From Convolutriloba macropyga (lineage: Eukaryota), in NCBI RefSeq assembly GCF_964194025.1, contig NC_134474.1:16802001-16866000 (forward strand): a DNA stretch of 64,000 bases, in the 5' to 3' direction. Position 1 is the first letter of the stretch. Each line of letters starts with the position of its first letter. Below, in pieces: positions 1-12,825 of this stretch. A program made the position numbers and the translations under genes. The notes beneath the pieces were generated by a model, which saw only the letters and a list, made by a program, of their open reading frames with translations, was not told where the DNA came from and ran no database searches.

Positions 1-3000
1 TGTGGAAACAATTTCAGAGGTTCACATATTCGTACAGCTTGTATTCAAAAAAATTTTTTTTACAAAAAAACTAAATTACAAGCACAAAAGGAGAGCCAAT
101 AGACAAAAAATGGCTAAAAATGCCTATCTATATGCGGCATTCTGCCAAAAAACACATTTCAAAGTCGAAAAGTCCTTCACTGATCGATGCGGGTGATCAA
201 AAAACTTCTCTCGCTCAGAAAAAATGCGTTCACAAGGCAATTTCACTCTTTTGCGTGTAGGTCAAACCGCTGTCTGAACGAATAGTACTTCCGGAAAAAA
301 ACTTAGTCTTCGAGTCGTGAAAAAAACAAAGAGAAGGCCAATGATAGTCTCAGCTATCGCTTTTCGGCTATTAATAAAAAAATAGCAGCAGCTAAGGGAT
401 GTTCAAATTTTCTGGAGCTGAACCAAAAACTATCTAAAATTTACGTACCACTTTTATTGACCCTATGATCTCAAAGAGACAAAAACATTATTCCGCTTAA
501 GTAACAATTTGAAAGCTCAACAGTCAAAAGTTCAAAAAATTGTCACCGCAAAAAACATGAAAAATATTTTAAAGATTCTGAAAAGAAACAAAGATGAAAA
601 AATATTAAATTATAGTGAAAAACTACTGAGCAAGTTGAAATGTAAAAAAATTACTTTCCTAATTTGAAAATTACAGTTCTAAAAATAAATCTACGTCAAA
701 TATTGCCGGCGGGAGAAACATGCTTATTGCAAAAAGGCGGTAACTAAAGATGTTTGAATAGGCTTGACAAACAAGCCAAGACATTGGCTAAACATTACTT
801 TGAGAACTAATTTTAACCAATCGCTTAACGTAGACTATTTTTTCAATTCCACATTTACTATGAACATTTGAACCGCAAATATAAAACAGTAAACAGAAAT
901 TATAAGCATAGCTGGCAGATTGCCAGAAAATAGCCTCAATATCTTAAAAGGAAACTTTTTATTAAATGCTGAGATGTTATATTAAATTGATTAAATTATA
1001 GATCCTTCTATTAGCTGCCCTCAAATAACCTTCAATTAGAGTGACCCGCATTCACTTGACCTTATCTCTTCCAATTAAAGCAACGAAGTCAATTCAGAGA
1101 GAGGAAGTCATTATTGAGAGAGGTAAGTCACGTTTGATAAAACTTAATAACGTACCACTTTTTTTATTGATCCTGTGATCTGAGTTTGATTTTCTTAATT
1201 TTTGAAAAATGAAATAGAAAAACAAGAAGTAGAAAAACAAGCACATTTCTTTATTTAGCATTCAAGGCTAAGAAAAAATATATAGCTATCCTCCTGTAAA
1301 GATTGAAAAGTAGAAACACAGTTCAAAGATTGGAAACAATAAAATATTTTGCGAAACCGACTATTTTCTTACAACAATCTACATATGAAGAAGCTTTCGC
1401 CAAAATTCAATTATTATTATAACGGTGCACAAAAAGAGTTCTAGTAATTAAAACCAATAAACAAACAAAAAATTGGACAAAAACAGCCAAAATCGGGCAA
1501 GCAAGTGAACAACTTTAAAAAACAAAAATACCTCACGTTTCAAAGAGGCATGTTAAGTTGTCATAAGTGATGATTTTTGGACAAAAGGTCGGCTTTAAGA
1601 TCTAAAAACAAAATTAATTTTAAAAGCCAAAAACGAACTAAAAAAGAGAAACATTTGCTCATTCAAATTTGAAGAGCATTATTAGACTCCCAAAAACAAT
1701 GTGGAAACAATTTCAGAGGTTCACATATTCGTACAGCTTGTATTCAAAAAAATTTTTTTTACAAAAAAACTAAATTACAAGCACAAAAGGAGAGCCAATA
1801 GACAAAAAATGGCTAAAAATGCCTATCTATATGCGGCATTCTGCCAAAAAACACATTTCAAAGTCGAAAAGTCCTTCACTGATCGATGCGGGTGATCAAA
1901 AAACTTCTCTCGCTCAGAAAAAATGCGTTCACAAGGCAATTTCACTCTTTTGCGTGTAGGTCAAACCGCTGTCTGAACGAATAGTACTTCCGGAAAAAAA
2001 CTTAGTCTTCGAGTCGTGAAAAAAACAAAGAGAAGGCCAATGATAGTCTCAGCTATCGCTTTTCGGCTATTAATAAAAAAACTAGCAGCAGCTAAGGGAT
2101 GTTCAAATTTTCTGGAGCTGAACCAAAAACTATCTAAAATTTACGTACCACTTTTATTGACCCTATGATCTCAAAGAGACAAAAACATTATTCCGCTTAA
2201 GTAACAATTTGAAAGCTCAACAGTCATTTAGCATTCAAGGCTAAGAAAAAATATATAGCTATCCTCCTGTAAAAATTGAAAAGTAGAAACACAGTTCAAA
2301 GATTGGAAACAATAAAATATTTTGCGAAACCGACATTTGTCTGAAAAAAAATCCACATATGAAAATGCTTTCGCCAAATTTCAATTATTAGTAAAATGGT
2401 GCACAAAAAGACTTCTAGTAATTAAATCCAATAAACAAACAAAATATTGATAAAAAACAGCCAAAATCGGGCAAGCAAGTGAACAACTCTAAAATAAAAA
2501 TACCTCACGTTTTAAAGAGGCATTCAATGCATGCAATATCATTGTTAAGTTGTCATATGCACTGATTTTTGAACAAAAGGTCTGCTTTAAGATCTAAAAA
2601 CGAAATTAATTTTAAAAGCCATACACGAACTAAAAAAGAAACATTTGCTCATTCAAATTTGAAGAGCATTACTAGACTCCCAAAAACAATGTGGAAACAA
2701 TTTCAGAGGTTCACATATTCATACCGCTTGTATTAAATTTTTTTTAAAAAAAAAATTAAAATTACAAGCACAAAAGGCGAGCCAATGGACAAAAAACGGC
2801 TATAAATGCCTATCTATATGCAGCATTCTGCCAAAAAACACCTTTCAAAGTCGAAAAGTCCTTCACTGATCGAAGCGCGTGATCAAAAAACTTCTCTCGC
2901 TCAGAAAATATTAGTTCACACGGCAATTTCACTCTTTTGCGTTTAGGTCAAACCGCCGTCTGAAAGAATAGTACTTCCGGTAAAAAAACCTTAGTCTTCG

Positions 3001-3845
3001 AGTCGTCAAAAACCAAGAGAAGGCCAATGATAGCCTCAGCCATCGCTTTTCGGCTATTAATAAAAAAACTAGCAGCAGCTAATGGATTTTCAAATTTTCT
3101 GTTTCTGGAGCTCAAACAAAAACTATTTAAAACTTACGTACCACTTATTGACCCTATGATCTCAATTAGACAAAAACATTGTTCCCCTTAAGTAACAAAT
3201 TGAAAGCTCAACAGTCAAAAGTTCAAAAAATTGTCACCGCAAAAAACATGAAAAATATTTTAAAGATTCTGAAAAAAAACAAAGATGAAAAAATATTAAA
3301 TTATAGTGAAAAACTACTGAGCAAGTTGAAATGTAAAAAAATTACTTTCCTAATTTGAAAATTACAGTTCTAAAAATAAATCTAACATCAAATATTGCCG
3401 GCGGGAGAAACATGCTTATTGCAAAAAGGCGGTAACTAAAGATGTTTCAATAGGCTTGACAAACAAGCCAAGACATTGGCTAAACATTACTTTGAGAACT
3501 AATTTTAACCAATCGCTGAACGTAGACTATTTTTTCAATTCCACATTTACTATGAACATTTGAACCGCAAATATGAAACAGTAAACAGAAATTATAAGCA
3601 TAGCTGGCAGATTGCCAGAAAATAGCCTCAATATCTTAAAAAGAAACTTTTTATTAAATGCTGAGATGTTATATTATGAAATTGATTAAATTATAGATCC
3701 TTCTATTAGCTGCCCTCAAATAACCTTCAATTAGAGTGACCCGCGTTCACTTGACCTTATCTCTTCCAATTAAAGCAACGAAGTCAATTCAGAGAGAGGA
3801 AGTCATTATTGAGAGAGGTATGTCACGTTTGATAAAACTTAATCA
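1..3845. repeat. Tandem/segmental repeat of HINE-derived sequence, ~1.7-kb unit with one internally deleted copy
   Basis: TGTGGAAACAATTTCAGAGG recurs at 1, 1700 and 2690. The identical 64-aa ORFs at 2 and 1701 give a 1699-bp period. Copy 2 lacks ~526-1252 (junction GCTCAACAGTCA|TTTAGCATTC at ~2226). Copy 3 restores that segment (~3216-3845). Confidence 0.95.
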
Positions 3846-3994
3846 CGAGAATGAACAAAAGTACTCTCTGTATTAAGAAAGAAAAAAGTTGTCACGCAGG
3901 CAATGCAGTTGAAATTGCATGAACAATGAACAAAAAGCAGAATTAAAGTTATTGACGTCAAATGGTCGTTACAAAAATCTTGACGACAAAAAAA

Positions 3995-4372
3995 CATAGT
4001 AGGACAAATCCTGATACAATTCAAAGAATTTATAATTACTAAACAAGAAAATTGACCAATAATGGACAATGAATGCAGTGGGAAACCAATTTAGAAACTA
4101 ATCAGATAAAAAATCTATATAGCAAAAAAAATCAATGTCAAAATGCCGCATGTGAACAAAAACTACTAGCGGGAAAGCAATTTTTTGTTCAAACACCATT
4201 TTCTCACTCCATTTTATACTTAGAACAAAAAATTTCACGCTGCAAAGACACACCCTTTTTCTCTTCACTTCCTAATTCGGTTTGACCAAAATCATCACTT
4301 CAATTTGACTTGAAAACGACTTGAAAGATCTTGAAGACAGCGCTCCAGCACAATTCAAATTTTTGAATTGTA
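3995..4372 (-). mobile_element. Short HINE/Helentron-like element, family C
   Basis: + strand head CATAG-TAGGACAAATCCTG (hairpin)-ATACAATTCAAAGAATT. The other end is the palindrome ACAATTCAAA-TTTTTGAATTGTA, which contains the inverted subTIR. Flanked by A-tracts. Confidence 0.7.
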
Positions 4373-4375
4373 AAA

Positions 4376-5400
4376 CATAACCCGAAGAATTTCAGAAGCA
4401 ACTCGAAGCGTCGGAAATTCACATAAATAACCGTAAAAACAGCTGGAACTACAAAATTAGTTTTGAAACATTAACTCCTCATCAGCAGATTTGAAGAGAA
4501 AATTGGTAAAACTTACACTACTGTCACCAAGAACAAAAGGTGAGCATTGATATAATGGGAGAAAGTTGAAGTTAAAAACAAACACGGCATCAACCAATAA
4601 CAATACAGAAAAAAGAACAGGATTAAAAAATTTAAAAATTTGACAGAAATGAAACAACTGAAGCCTTGATATCGTGCAGTTTAATATTACTAAAAACATT
4701 CAGTATCGTTGATAAAATGCCAAAATACTTAGGATGGTGAAAAGGCGATAGGCTCAAAAAAATGAGAGGGCTACAAACTATCATGAACAAACAAATTATA
4801 CTAACTTGAAAAAGATAGAGCTCCACATCCAACTGTGCGACCCAAAAGACACATTGTGAAAGCATAAGGCAGGTAGTATTCCTAAAAATTAAAACGAAAT
4901 TTTCTTATGAAGCCACTGCAATTAAGACAGAAAGAAAATATAATTCTCTTATTGGAGACATCGTAGAGAAAATGAGTTCAAACTGCAGAAACTAAAATCA
5001 ACAAAGAGCTCAACCACAAATTTCAAAATTACGTACCACTTTTTTATTGATCCATTGATCTGACAGTTTGATCTTCTTGATTTTTCAAAAATCAAATATA
5101 AAAACAAGAAGTAGAAAAACAAGAAAATTTCTTTATTTAGCATTCAAGGCTAAGAAAAAAGCTATAGCTATCCTCCTGTAAAGATTGAAAAGTAGAAACA
5201 CAGTTCAAAGACTGGAAACAAAAAAATATTTTGCGAAACCGACATTTTTTGTAAAAAAAATCTACATATGAAAAAGCTTTCGCCAAATTTCAATTATTAG
5301 TAAAAAGGTGCACAAAAAGACTTCTAGTAATTAACCAAAAATTATTTAAAACTTACGTACCACTTTTATTGACCCTATGATCTCAAAGAGACAAAAATTT
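4376..5400 (-). mobile_element. Truncated HINE-like element, family A
   Basis: Degenerate head CATAACCCGAAGAATTTCAGAAGCAACTCGAAG directly after the family C end. Internal blocks match 7699-8900 (CTGTCACCAAGA, CACTGCAATTAAGACA, TTAGCATTCAAG). Confidence 0.55.
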
Positions 5401-6279
5401 TATTCCCTTTAAGTAACAATTTGACAGCTCAACAGTCAGAAGATTTGAGAATAAAAATTTGGAAAATTACATTTATAGCTTTGATTACATTTCAAAAACA
5501 GAAAAAATCAGCTCACGCATGCTGTGAAATTTGATGATTAACGCATTCTTAGCTGAAAAAAACTTTCTCCAACCTTAAAATCACAAGAAAAGCAAGTTAA
5601 ATAATACCGCGCTCAAAGTAGCCCTCGCGAGTTGCTGTATTTCAAAAAACCAGGAAAATAAAGCAAAAAATTGCAAACTTCGACATGTTCTTGGAATATT
5701 GTTTGTGTCACTATGTAACATGATTACATTAGATCAAACACAGGATTCCATAGTTATCGATTTCATGCGGACCATTTCAAGAATGAGGCGAAACAGTGAT
5801 CAATCAAACCAAAAACATTGAGGAATCGAAGCTAACGTAGCCGGAACATAGTTTGCAATGAACAGTTGCGATAACTTTGAAGTATAATTGTTCCTGATGA
5901 CAAAGAGGCTCGGTAATTTGCGTGCACACAATTTACCGACCCGTATCATTTATGATTGAAGAAAAGTGTTGAAGCAAAGCACCGATTAATTGATAGTTTA
6001 TAATCTGAATGGCTCCTGAGTAGTAAAAGAATTAATTTAATTTCATTGGATGGGTATTAGACCAATAAAAACGAGAAATAATAAAAAACTTAACGCAAAA
6101 TTTAATGCGAAAACATTGAAAATCCATACAAAAATCCAACAAACTCCTCAGGTCTCTATCAAGCAGAACAGAATACTTGTAAGTGCAGAAACCTGAGTTC
6201 GTTTAGAAATGATAGTAGAAGAAGCATCAATAGTAGAAGAAGTAAAAGACTTAATTGCTTATTATGGCACTATATAACA

Positions 6280-7228
6280 ATCAAAACAAAAACCTAAAAT
6301 AACAGTTATCAAATTTATTCAATAAGACAATTTTTAATGACAATTTGACTTATCTATTGATCTGGTGTCAAAAAAAGTTATCACATTACATGGAAAGTGA
6401 AAAATGACGCCGCACTCAGAACGCAAAAAATGAATAAATGAACAAAATCTTGCTAGACCTCATATGGTCGGACCTCATATGTTTCAAAAAAAGTTATCAC
6501 ATTACATGGAAAGTGAAAAATGACGCCGCACTCAGAACGCAAAAAATAAATAAATGAACAAAATCTTGCTAGACCTCATATGGTCGGAACGAAATTTTCG
6601 ACAACGAAATAAAATAATCAAGAGAACGAACGCCATCCGCTGAGCTATCACTATCACTATCACCCGCTGAGCTACCAAAAACTTTTGGTTTCAAACGCAA
6701 AGAACAACATGGAGCTCATACAAGGTTAAAAATTGTTATAAATTAGATCCGATAGTGATAGCTCAGCGGATGGCGTTCTCTTGATTCTTTTATTTTGTTG
6801 TCAAAATTTTCGTTCCGACCATATGAGGTCAGGCTGACTTCAAGATTTTATTCATTTATTCAGTTTTTTATTGCGTTGTGAGCATGGCATCATTTTCCCT
6901 CGCTTTCCATGTAATGTGATAACTTTTATTTTTTGAAACCAGATGAAATAGATAAGTCAAATTAACATAAAAAATTGTCTTATTGAATATATTATATACA
7001 ACAATCAAAACAAAAACCTAAAATGACAGTTACAAATTTACTCAATAACACAATTTTTTATGACAATTTGACTTATCTATTTGTTCTGGTTTCAAAAAAA
7101 GATATCACCTTACATGGAAAGTGAGGAAAAATGACGCCATGCCACAACGCAAAAAAAAAATAAATGAACAAAATTTTGAAGTCAGCGTGACCTCATATGG
7201 TCGGAACGAATTTTTCGACAACGAAAAA
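6280..7228. repeat. Direct-inverted-direct triplication of a family B terminal segment (fold-back)
   Basis: ~6315-6655 is inverted at ~6751-6990 (CGCCATCCGCTGAGCTATCACTATC vs GATAGTGATAGCTCAGCGGATGGCG) and repeated directly at ~7000-7228. There is also an internal ~117-bp tandem duplication (~6370 and ~6486). Confidence 0.9.
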
Positions 7229-9572
7229 CATAGCCGGCAGATTGCCGAAATAGCTGCGAAAGAATAGACCTGCGTGCCATATAGAGATAGAAACAGTTAC
7301 AGATCAAAATTGAAAAAAAAAATCGACGCCGCTCAAAAAAACTAGGCGAAAAAACATTCAGCGAAAAATGAAAAAAGCTTGTTAAAATTCAATCCACAGA
7401 AGCCTCTTATTAGGGACCTTTACTGCACATTTGAGTTCCTTTGACCTTAAACAAATATAAATTAAACCTAAGTTTTAAAGTGCAGAAGTCATTTTATTGA
7501 GTGAGGTAAGTCACGTATGATCAAAATCTAATCACGCAAATAACCTAAAAACTTTTGCTAAAGCGAGCGAGAAATGACGTCACGCGCGCCAATGCCGTTA
7601 GAGAGAGGAAGAAGTCATTCAGAAAATTTGACTTTTTCAGCTTTGCTGTGTGAACAAATGTAAAACGAAAAAAGAGCGTCAGACGACGAAACAAAAAACA
7701 TAGCCGGAAGAATTCCGGAAGCGACTCGAATCGTCAAAACTTCACTAACAAAACCGTTATTGCAACGAAAGTCACTACCTTTTGTATTAAACCATTAACT
7801 CACTACCTCTCCAGGTCTGCTCTAAAAATTGGTGAAACTTGAACCACTGTCACCAAGAGAAACAAAATGCAAAATTTTAAATTATTGAAAACGTTTGGCA
7901 ACGTCAAAAAAATCCGAAATAATTAAGGTGGTCAAAAATTTGATAGTCTGAAAAAGCTGACAAGGTTATCAACTGCCCTCAAACAATTCATGATTCTAAT
8001 CTGAAAAAGATCGCGAAAGCAAACGGGAGATAATAATCCTAGAAACTAAGTTCTAAGTTTGAACCAAGTTTAAAATCTTTTCAGAAAAGAAACCTCAAAA
8101 TTAAGAATCAGAAAACACCAGCAATTACAATTCTAATCACTGCAATTAAGACAAAAAACAACACACACCTGATCCTTGTTGTACATGTGCTAGACTACAT
8201 GATTTCATACTAAATCAAAAATAAAATTGATCATAGAAAAGACATAAGTAGAAGAATATTCAAAGGCAAAAAATCGGTTAAAATATTACCACGGCCGGAA
8301 GAAAGCTGCAGTAAACAGTCATAAGTGAAAATTTTGCAAAGGGCTTGCTTTCAAACGCTCAGTACTGCCTTATGTTGAATGAAATCGATTGCAAACCAAA
8401 GAAATGACGAAAATCTAAGAAAAAGCCGAAATCATTCATTTTTTACTACTGACAAAATCAATATACCGAAAATAAATGTAGGTTCCAGGACAAAGCTGCA
8501 AAGATACTAACTAGAATGTGAAGAATATCGGCAAAATGTACGGAACACTGTAACAAAAAGACATTCTTAATTTTTGAAAGTTAAAAATCAATTTCAAAAA
8601 TTCAAGAAAAACGAATACATTTCATTGTTCAGCATTCAAGACATAGAAAAGATAACTAGTAATCCGATACAAAGATCTATCCTCCTGAAGAGAACAAAAA
8701 ATAGGAAAACGCAAAATTCATAAAAACGAAGCATTGAAATATTTTGCAAAAAAAATGGTCAAAGAACTTTTAAGTTAAGACTGCATTTATGAAAAAGTTT
8801 TAACTGCTTTTCCAAAACTTAACGCCAAGAAATGATTGAATTTTCATTGAAACGAAATTAAAGTCCCACATGTTGCTCAAAAAAACTATTTCTAGCAATT
8901 ACAACCAAAATACAAACAAAAAAACTGACGAAAATCGGAAAAAAACCACCAAAATCGGATTAGCATGTGTACAATTTTATGAAACAAACTTACATTGAGG
9001 TAGAAAGAGGCGTTGAGTATATAAATTATCAGAGAAGTTGCCATATGAACTGATTTTTGACAAAAAGACGGTTAAAAGACCCAAAAATGAAAAAAATTAT
9101 TAGAAAAAAAGCCAAAAATTAACTAAAAAATCAAGAAATATGCTCCAATTTTCAATTTGAAACGCATTTTCAGGCTCTGCAAGACACTGTGGCATCAATT
9201 TCCGAGGTTGAAATTTCAATATAGTATCGAATAAAATTTATTTCTACAAGAAATCAAATTAAAAGCAAAAAAATTGGGCCACTTAGACGAAAAAACGGCT
9301 AAAAACGGTTATTTATATGTGCAATTCAATCAAAAACTACTTTTCAAAGTCAAAAAGTCGTTCACTAAACGCAGCGCATGATCAAAAAACTTCTCTCGCT
9401 GAGCGAAAATCTGTTCACCAAGACAGCTTTTCTCACTTTCGCTTTTAGGTCAAATGCCGCGTGAACAAATCTACTTCCTGTAAAAAAAAAAAACCGAGAG
9501 AAAACCAATACTCCTCTTCGAGTCGTAATAAAAACCAAGAGCACCGCAATATAGCTATAAAAAAGCAGCTAT
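7229..9572 (-). mobile_element. HINE-like element, family B, carrying a nested family A copy
   Basis: Head CATAG-CCGGCAGATTGCCG-AAATAGCTGCG. Internal family B motifs TTGACCTT and GAGTGAGGTAAGTCACG. The end ...GCAGCTAT resumes after the nested insert. Confidence 0.65.
7699..9526 (-). mobile_element. HINE-like element, family A (~1.83 kb), both ends intact
   Basis: Head CATAG-CCGGAAGAATTCCGG (hairpin)-AAGCGACTCGAA. The far end CTCTTCGAGTCGTA is the inverted subTIR (CGACTCGAA/TTCGAGTCG). A-tract flanks, no evident TSD. Confidence 0.75.
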
Positions 9573-10191
9573 AAAAAAAGAATCAAGAGAACGCCATCCG
9601 CTGCTCTATCACTATCGCAGCTAACTTATAACAAAATTTATGGTTCCAAACAGAAAGAACAATATGGAGCTCATACAAGGTTTTCTTAGTCGTTTTTCCA
9701 CTTCGGGCTTCTTAAATTGTAACATATACTGTAAATGGAAAGGAAAGCAAGTACACCTGACATCGGAACCCAAACAGCAGGAAACATGCCGGACAATAGC
9801 TGCCATTGACACCACCGACCGATGATGAGATTAAAACAGTCATTAAAAAATGACGACAGCCTGTGTCAAAAAGTTTTCCAATTTGGTTCCAAGCTTCATT
9901 GATTCGTGAATTAGTTAAATTCAGCCTATAAATAGGAAGACAAAATGCTTAGTATTAGTACAAGTTAAGAGTTTGCTCTAAGGAACCCAGATAACCGTCA
10001 CGTATTTATACATAAGTCTTAGTGCCCGGGCTTGATTGGTTAATCCCAATTCTTTTGATCTCGCTTTTTGACCTTGAACCTATTTGCCGAGTAAAATCAA
10101 AATTCAATTCAGTTGAAACTGTGAGTGAGATCGGTCAGAAACCAAATGTAAAAAATAGGTAAATTATCGAAAGGTAAAACGAATTTAGAAA

Positions 10192-11024
10192 CAGCCGGAA
10201 AAATTCCGGAAACGACTCGAAAATGAATCTATCGCATAAGCTACCTTTTCACGTCACTAGTAACGATTAACGACACTAGTCACTATTAAAACAACAAAGA
10301 GAACGTGACAAAATTAAAAAACAGCAAAAATTAGCACGCAAAGCCAACTGAATTAAAAGTCAATTACTTCTTTATATAATACCAGTGCACCTTACAACAA
10401 TCTTTCTTTTCTATGAAATTGAAAACATGAAACAGTTCACACAGCAATAAGCCAGAATTCTAAAGCTCACAAACATTTTCATTTTTGAAGAATTGGGAAA
10501 AGGCAAATAATTGTCAACAAAATTTAGCATAATTTACCAACGTTCCGTCATTTGTCTCAACAAAACCACTGTTTTATACCATAAGAACAGTAACCAATCG
10601 GAAACTTAAAAAAAATGAGCAATAGTCGTCTTTTCAACTCCCAACAAATCCGTAAAACAAAACGATGCTCAAAAAATAGCTCAAAAATTAGCAAAATAGC
10701 TGAAAAACATTGAATACAATAAAGCTGGTATTAGCTACAAACATTTTTCTTCGAATATTATCTGAACGCGTTCAAAATTGTTCCTATAGCTTACTCAAAC
10801 AACACTAAGCCGAAAAACAAAACATTTTAACCAAAATTGTCTGGCTGAAAAAACGATTGTTAGTTGAAAATTTGGATCCCTTACAAAAAATCTACTGTTT
10901 TCGCTCCACTCTTTGATTTTGCTGAACACTCAAACCACTCTTTTCACGTGTTTCTTTTCCTTCTGTAAAATTCACTACAATACAATTGATTAAAAACACT
11001 TCTCAAACACGCCTCTTTGAGTCA
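10192..11024 (-). mobile_element. HINE-like element, family A ends with different internal sequence
   Basis: Head CAGCCGGAAAAATTCCGGAAACGACTCGAA and degenerate far end CTCTTTGAGTCATA. Confidence 0.55.
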
Positions 11025-11976
11025 TAAAAAAGAAGAGCACCTGAACAATAGCCTTTAAGAGTCTGCCGGTCGCTTTTAATAAATTAGTTATCTACTGAGT
11101 ACCCAATTGTCATGTTTCTAACCAAAAATACTTAAAAATATGAATAATATATAAAAGAAAATATGACAGACAGAACATAGCATAGATATCTTTGTAGACA
11201 TGCAGTCTCAAATTTCGAAGGAAAAGAATTTAGGTGACGAGAAAAAACAGACTTCATAATCTGTCTGAGAAGAATTTGTTTGAGTAAGGTTGTTTCGATT
11301 AGCAGCCCTCAAATAAATTCTAATTTGCGAGGTATCCTCAGTTGAACTTCAATTGAAGGTGGCAGAAGTCTATTTTAAAGTGAGGAAAGTCGTGTGTGAC
11401 CAACAATTTATCCACGCGAAGGAACAAAAATTTCGCTCCCATAAGAGTGAAAAATGACGCCATGCACACCACTCAGTCGATATTGTACAAATGAATGAAT
11501 GAACAAAAGGCTGATTTTAAGAGAGCGTGACGTCACAGGTCGTAACAAAAATAGAGACAAGATTTAAAAACCAAAAACGGCTACTAACAGCTAGCTCCGC
11601 TCAGCTATCGCAGCTATCAAGAAAAATCGAGAATTATTCACTCCTTTCAAAAAGATTATTGGATAAATCAACTTGAAATATTTTTTTATTGATGAGATCT
11701 CACAGCGGTTATCTTATTTGAGTAAAAAGACAGTTTAATATTAGATTGTTTATATTACAGATCTTTTGATATAGCAGGCTGTTTTTTCATTGCGGATTCA
11801 ACAAGCTAATCAACTAAAAAATCAACTAGGAAAACGTTTTGTTTTTAAAATACAAAACAAAAGCTGATAGTAGAGCTCGGTCTATTTTCGTTTATTCGTC
11901 TACATACACAGTGGAACGAGGTATTATTTTCGAATTTGTCAACAGCTTAAAAGGATAAAAAAACATATAAAATGAA

Positions 11977-12489
11977 TATAGCTGGCAGATTGCCAGAAAA
12001 TAGCCGCAATAGCTTCGTAGACCTGCAGTCTCAAAAAAAAACAGTAAAGAAGACAGACCAAAAAAAACTCGTCTTTTCATTGAAGGCTGATATGTTAAAT
12101 CTTGATTAAAAATCTGTATAAATTTTTGCTGCCTCTATTAGCTGCCCTCAAATTACCTTCATTTAGAGTGACACACCCATTTGACCTTATCTCTTTGAAT
12201 TAAAGTAAATAAAAGTCAATTTCAAAGTGAGGAAGCCATTTTTGAGAGTGAGGTAAGTCAAATGTTACCAAAAATTTAATCACGCGAATGAACAAAAAAA
12301 CTCGCTCCACAAGAGTGAAAAATGACGTCACGCACGCAATTCAGTTGAAATTGCATGAACGAATGAACAAAAAGCAGATTTGAAGTGGTTGTGACGTCAT
12401 ATGGTCGTAACAAAAATCGCGACGATGAAATAAAAAAAAACCAAGAGAAGGTCAATAATAGCCCCAGCTATCACTGTGCAGCTATTAAT
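11977..12489 (-). mobile_element. Uninterrupted HINE-like element, family B (~0.5 kb)
   Basis: Head TATAG-CTGGCAGATTGCCAG-AAAATAGCCGCAATAGC and end CCAAGAGAAGG...CAGCTATCACTGTGCAGCTATTAAT. Colinear with 23604-24086 and with partial copies at 907, 3599 and ~11280. Confidence 0.75.
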
Positions 12490-12636
12490 AAAAATGACCA
12501 AAAACGAGTTAATACAGACCTTTAAAATTTATGATGTTTTTTCGTTATCTATTATATTGCGTGAAAATCTGTTTGTTCCATCAGCCTTGACCGCCATTGC
12601 AAAAACTCGAAAAAATTGAAGGGTCAGTTATTTGAA

Positions 12637-12772
12637 TCAAATATTGGAACTATTGGATCTCTTCCCGTTAAGCCCACTACTGCATTTTGCAACCTCCAGT
12701 TGCGAATCATTTATAATATTAATACATGGAAAATTTGCATGTTCGCCTGTGGTTGCAAACAATATGGATCCA
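12637..12772 (-). CDS. Possible second exon of the F-box gene
   Basis: The ORF stop overlaps a GTGAGC donor at 12829. A 57-nt pyrimidine-rich intron ending CCCTAACTTAG would join in frame to GSILFATTGEHANFPCINIINDSQLEVAKCSSGLNGKRSNSSNI*. Confidence 0.35.
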
Positions 12773-12825
12773 CTAAGTTAGGGAGAGGAGAAAGCAATAA
12801 CGGAAAATACACCAAACATAAATGC

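Noticed and set aside
2-1895. Identical 64-aa ORFs at 2-196 and 1701-1895
   Set aside because: They start at GTG in A-rich repeat sequence, the third copy is disrupted, and their identity reflects the tandem duplication.
5910-5939. 30-bp imperfect palindrome TCGGTAATTTGCGTGCACACAATTTACCGA
   Set aside because: Isolated, short and not linked to any family seen, so no function can be supported.
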